Position numbers and translations under genes: made by a program
The notes under the pieces: generated by a model
The model's database searches: none
What the model was told of the DNA's origin: nothing
What the model saw: only the letters and a program-made list of their open reading frames with translations
NCBI GenBank assembly: GCA_010909165.1
Contig: VJWM01000025.1
Location: 1,984,001-2,048,000 of the forward strand
DNA length: 64,000 bases
Direction of reading: 5' to 3'
DNA from: Anthoceros angustus
Lineage: Eukaryota; Plantae; Anthocerotophyta
Part shown: in pieces, positions 60,491 through 64,000 of the stretch
How positions within the stretch are numbered: position 1 is the first letter of the stretch
Layout: each line of letters opens with the position of its first letter

Positions 60491-61455
60491 TGAAAGCTGC
60501 CAAGGCTGCAAATGCACATGATTTTGTTACAGCTCTTCCTCAGGTCTGGTAATTCTCTCCGTGCACGCTGAAGGCACCCTTCATCCGTTGCTAATGCATG
60601 CTTTACTGGCTTCAGGGGTACGATACCCTTGTAGGAGAGCGTACGGTGGTCTACATCTGACCATGTCTTTCTATCTAAACAGAGAATAGCCGTTGCAAGG
60701 GCTCTGTTAAAGAATGCTCCAATTTTGATCCTGGATGAGGTAAGGAGAATGCTCCAATTTTGATCCTGGATGAGGCAAGGAGTACACTGCTCTGCGCTCG
60801 TCCTCACTAGTGCGAGTGTCATATGAGCAAACCCCTTGACATCTGCCCTAACATGCCGCAGGCAACAAGTGCTCTCGATACAGTAAGCGAGTGGCTTGTG
60901 CAGGATGCTCTTGATCGGCTTATGAAGGTTACTTTCTTACGCTACCGGATTTCATCCATCAACCACTCATGTTTCTCCCTTAAACCCTGCCCTGGGCATG
61001 TGCATGCTGCAACAGTCTTGACTAACGTGTGGCTGTTTCTTGTCAGGGAAGAACTACCCTCCTCCTTGCACGCAGAAGAAGAAGAAAATAATTTTATTGA
61101 AGTCCACTAAGGACGGATTTCCGTCATGGGACTTAGTACTTAACAATGGCAGGCTGAGTACGATACCATTAGCAGATGAGATTCCCTTTGTGCATATGGA
61201 AAGGTGGTGGAGATAGAAGCCACTATGAGCTTCTGGCACAAGGTGGATTATACTCCTCTCTTGAAAGAGGACAAGCAGTTGTTGTCGAGTTTGAAAGCAA
61301 ATCCTTGAATCGACTGTGCGTCGTTGAGCCTTAGAGGAATCGCTCGAAGGGCTTCGTTCGCAACAGTGAGATAAATTCTGAAAGTGTGTGTGCGTATGGA
61401 GGAACTTGAAAGGTGCTGCGGTATCGGTCGATGAAATGTGAAGGACGGTACATAT
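60491..61455 (+). pseudogene. Direct partial duplicate of the ABCB28 3' part (about 42074-42980)
   Basis: Exons and introns retained; LSGGQ signature deleted; local duplication at about 60711-60780; retroposon inserted in the last exon. Confidence 0.92.
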
Positions 61456-61800
61456 GTGGGCTTCATGGAGTCGCACATCGACCCTTACCATTGTCATAAC
61501 TCCACTAATATCAATATGATGTTCCACCCTTAGGATTACCACACCTCCTTGGACATCATTATGGTGCTTCACATAGGGAAGGTTGAGAGCCAAATCATTC
61601 AAGTCAAATTTCCGTTGGAGGGTAGTGATCTTTGCCACGTAGACTAGTTTGGGTACCACTCTCAATGTTCTCTTCGGAGTACCTTGAGCTCATCCTCTTC
61701 ACTCATCACCACTAAGCCTTGTGGTGTATCTTTATATGATAGGGCCTTACTCATCTTAGCCATCTGGTCACCTTTATTGAAAGAGGAGGCTTGCAAATAT
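61455..61800 (-). pseudogene. N-terminal half of the TBP-like gene (third locus copy), cut by a Copia LTR
   Basis: VVPKLVYVAKITTLQRKFDLNDLALNLPYVKHHNDVQGGVVILRVEHH; reverse complement of about 44097-44445. Confidence 0.85.
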
Positions 61801-63460
61801 TGTTGTGGAGCAGTGCTAAGATGCGCTATGAATCAGGGTTTAGGGCTTACCCAAGGTAGCAGGCTAGGGCACATTTCAGAGTTTATAATATTAACTATAT
61901 ACAACAGTTAGAGCAGTTAATGACATTTAACCGAATGATCAGTTGTAACCAAACAACTCAAGTGTATTTATACGCGTGCCTTGCACAACATCAATCAAGT
62001 TTCTTTTTCTCCATTAGCCATCTCATACAGCTTTATGGTATCAGAGCCACTGCGCTCTCCACCATTCGGCGCCGCACAAGCGCCCCGCGCTTGGCTCACC
62101 AAGATTGCCGAGCATGGCGCTGCACAACAACGAAGGCAATCAGCCCCTGCAATCCTAAATTTCGCGAGATGGCTAGGAAGCACACATCTGCATCCTACTC
62201 ACCTTCCGGTAGGGCGCCACCACCGCGACCAATCATCTGCAGCGACTGTTTAGCGCACGCAACTCACCACGCCCCGTAGAACACACAACCTGCCTTTGTA
62301 CGTCGCGTACACTTCTCCGACCCCTCACCAACGACACCGCGCTCATCTGCATTCAGGCGCCTCTCCGATCAATCGTTTGCAGGCTCACCTCTACACCACC
62401 GACACCACCAACCCAACAATGCACCTGCCAAGACCATCATCACTCATGAGGACCTCAAGTCACAGCTTACAAACATTGAGTCTCAAATCCAGACACTTCA
62501 CTTAGCAATAGAGAGAATCTCACTTACCACTAGATTCTAGAAGGACTCGCGTTGTCCGCGTATAGGTGCATCCTCGCTTTCGACCCCCTTACAAACTACC
62601 GGAGAAAGTTCAAAAATACAAGCATGACTACACCAGCCACCACCGTTGTAAACACTACTAAGATTGAGTTCCGGAATCGAGATCGGTTTAACAGAACCGA
62701 CTTCGGTGAGTGGAAGATGCGCGTTATCGCACTACTGGAAGAGCATGACCTCATGGACATCACTGAAGGCACTCTCCAACAGCCTTCACTCACTTCCTCA
62801 CCTCCTTCACAACCGGAGGAAATAGCTGCCTAGAACAAGAAAGACAAACGCGCACGTAACATACTCATTTCAGCACTCGATAAAAGTATGTTGCAACATA
62901 CTCAGGGCCAAGTTCATGCCCATGAAGTATGGAAAGTCTTCAACGACATGTTCTAGGGACAAGACTCAATGTCTCTCATCAATGCGACCTGACAATTCTA
63001 TCATCTCAAAATGAAGGACAACGAAAGTGTAGAGCAGCACATACACAACTTTCAGGCCTGCAAGCGGCCAGTGGTACAACTGTCACTGAGCTTCAAGCTG
63101 TTATCACTCTTCTAACATCCTTGCCTGCTTCATACAGGATGTTTGTCAGCTCATAAAATTCTATCCTCAGACAGTCCATCAAGGTGACTGCTGCAGGAAT
63201 TACACCAGCTCACACTTTTTCCGAAGTTGTTGGTGCACTCCTTGAGGAAGAATCCGGCCGTGGCAGCAATCCACGCACGAGCAAGAGTACCAGCCATGCT
63301 CTCTTCACCTCTCGAGGCCGAGGGGGACGAAGGGGCAGAGGTCGCGGCAACTTCACTAATCGACGATCCTTCGATCAGCAGCAGGCTCCTGGAGAACACA
63401 CCAATCAAACTCGTCAGAAGAAAACCGTTAAGGGACCTTGCAACCCTTACTGCTATGTGT
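61801..63460 (+). mobile_element. Ty1/copia element: 5' LTR (about 61801-62035), PBS (62036-62048) and degenerate gag
   Basis: TGTTG start; TGGTATCAGAGCC; DRFNRTDFGEWKMRVIALLEEHDL...DKRARNILI...LLTSLPASYRMFV...LLEEE. Confidence 0.85.
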
Positions 63461-64000
63461 GAGGTTAGGGTAGGGGTTTGGACACTAAGTCCATAATACC
63501 TAGACACTTCATGTGCTTCCTATGCAACTCACGACCTAATGATTTTGTTAATAGATCTGCAGCATTATCTTTGGTTTGAATATAACTAATGTCTATTGTA
63601 TTATCTTCTAACTTCTCTCTTATAAAATGATACTCAACACCTACATGTTTTGTCCTGGAATGAAAAACAGGGTTTCTAGCTAATGAATAGCACCCTGACT
63701 ATCACTAAACAAAATTGTAGGCTTAAGTTGAAGATGCTGGAGTTCGCCTAAAATTAATCGACTCCACATTATATCCCTAGCTGCTGAGGTTAATACCCTT
63801 ATACTCAGATTCAGTATTAGATAAGGCAATGGTAGGTTGTTTCTTACTTGACCAGAATATGGGAGCTCCTCTTAAAAGTAATACGTAACGAGTTAGGATC
63901 ACCTGCATAGTCGGCATCAGCATAAGCTGTTAATATTAACTTCTCTATACCGGGTGTATGCTTGAACATTAGTCATGTCAGCATAGTCCCCTTCAAGTAT

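Overview
This is eukaryotic land-plant nuclear DNA with short GT-AG introns and GC-rich exons. A hornwort or similar seed-free plant is my inference, based on a PLS-PPR protein with a WW-type PG box (PGRSWWTD), MIR535 and a transferrin remnant. Apparently intact genes: two MIR535 hairpins (minus strand), RRP46 (21-nt micro-exon followed by a U12-type intron), RRP7, HCF136, tRNA-Leu(CAG), mitochondrial EF-Ts head-to-head with ABCB28, an orphan Pro/Arg-rich gene head-to-head with a NOL11/Utp8-like gene, and a long PLS-E+ PPR gene. Between them are TE remnants: CRE-like RLE non-LTR elements, Ty3 and Copia fragments, a MULE-like transposase remnant, a small TTC-tailed retroposon and 5S-derived repeats. 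The most striking observation is a highly divergent, intronless TBP-fold (TATA-binding-protein-related) gene lying tail-to-tail with ABCB28. It occurs in three rearranged copies of an ABCB28-3'/TBP-like unit (42.7-43.3 kb, 44.0-46.1 kb inverted, 60.5-61.8 kb), which also create long inverted repeats against ABCB28 exons. All homologies were recognised by eye and no searches were run.
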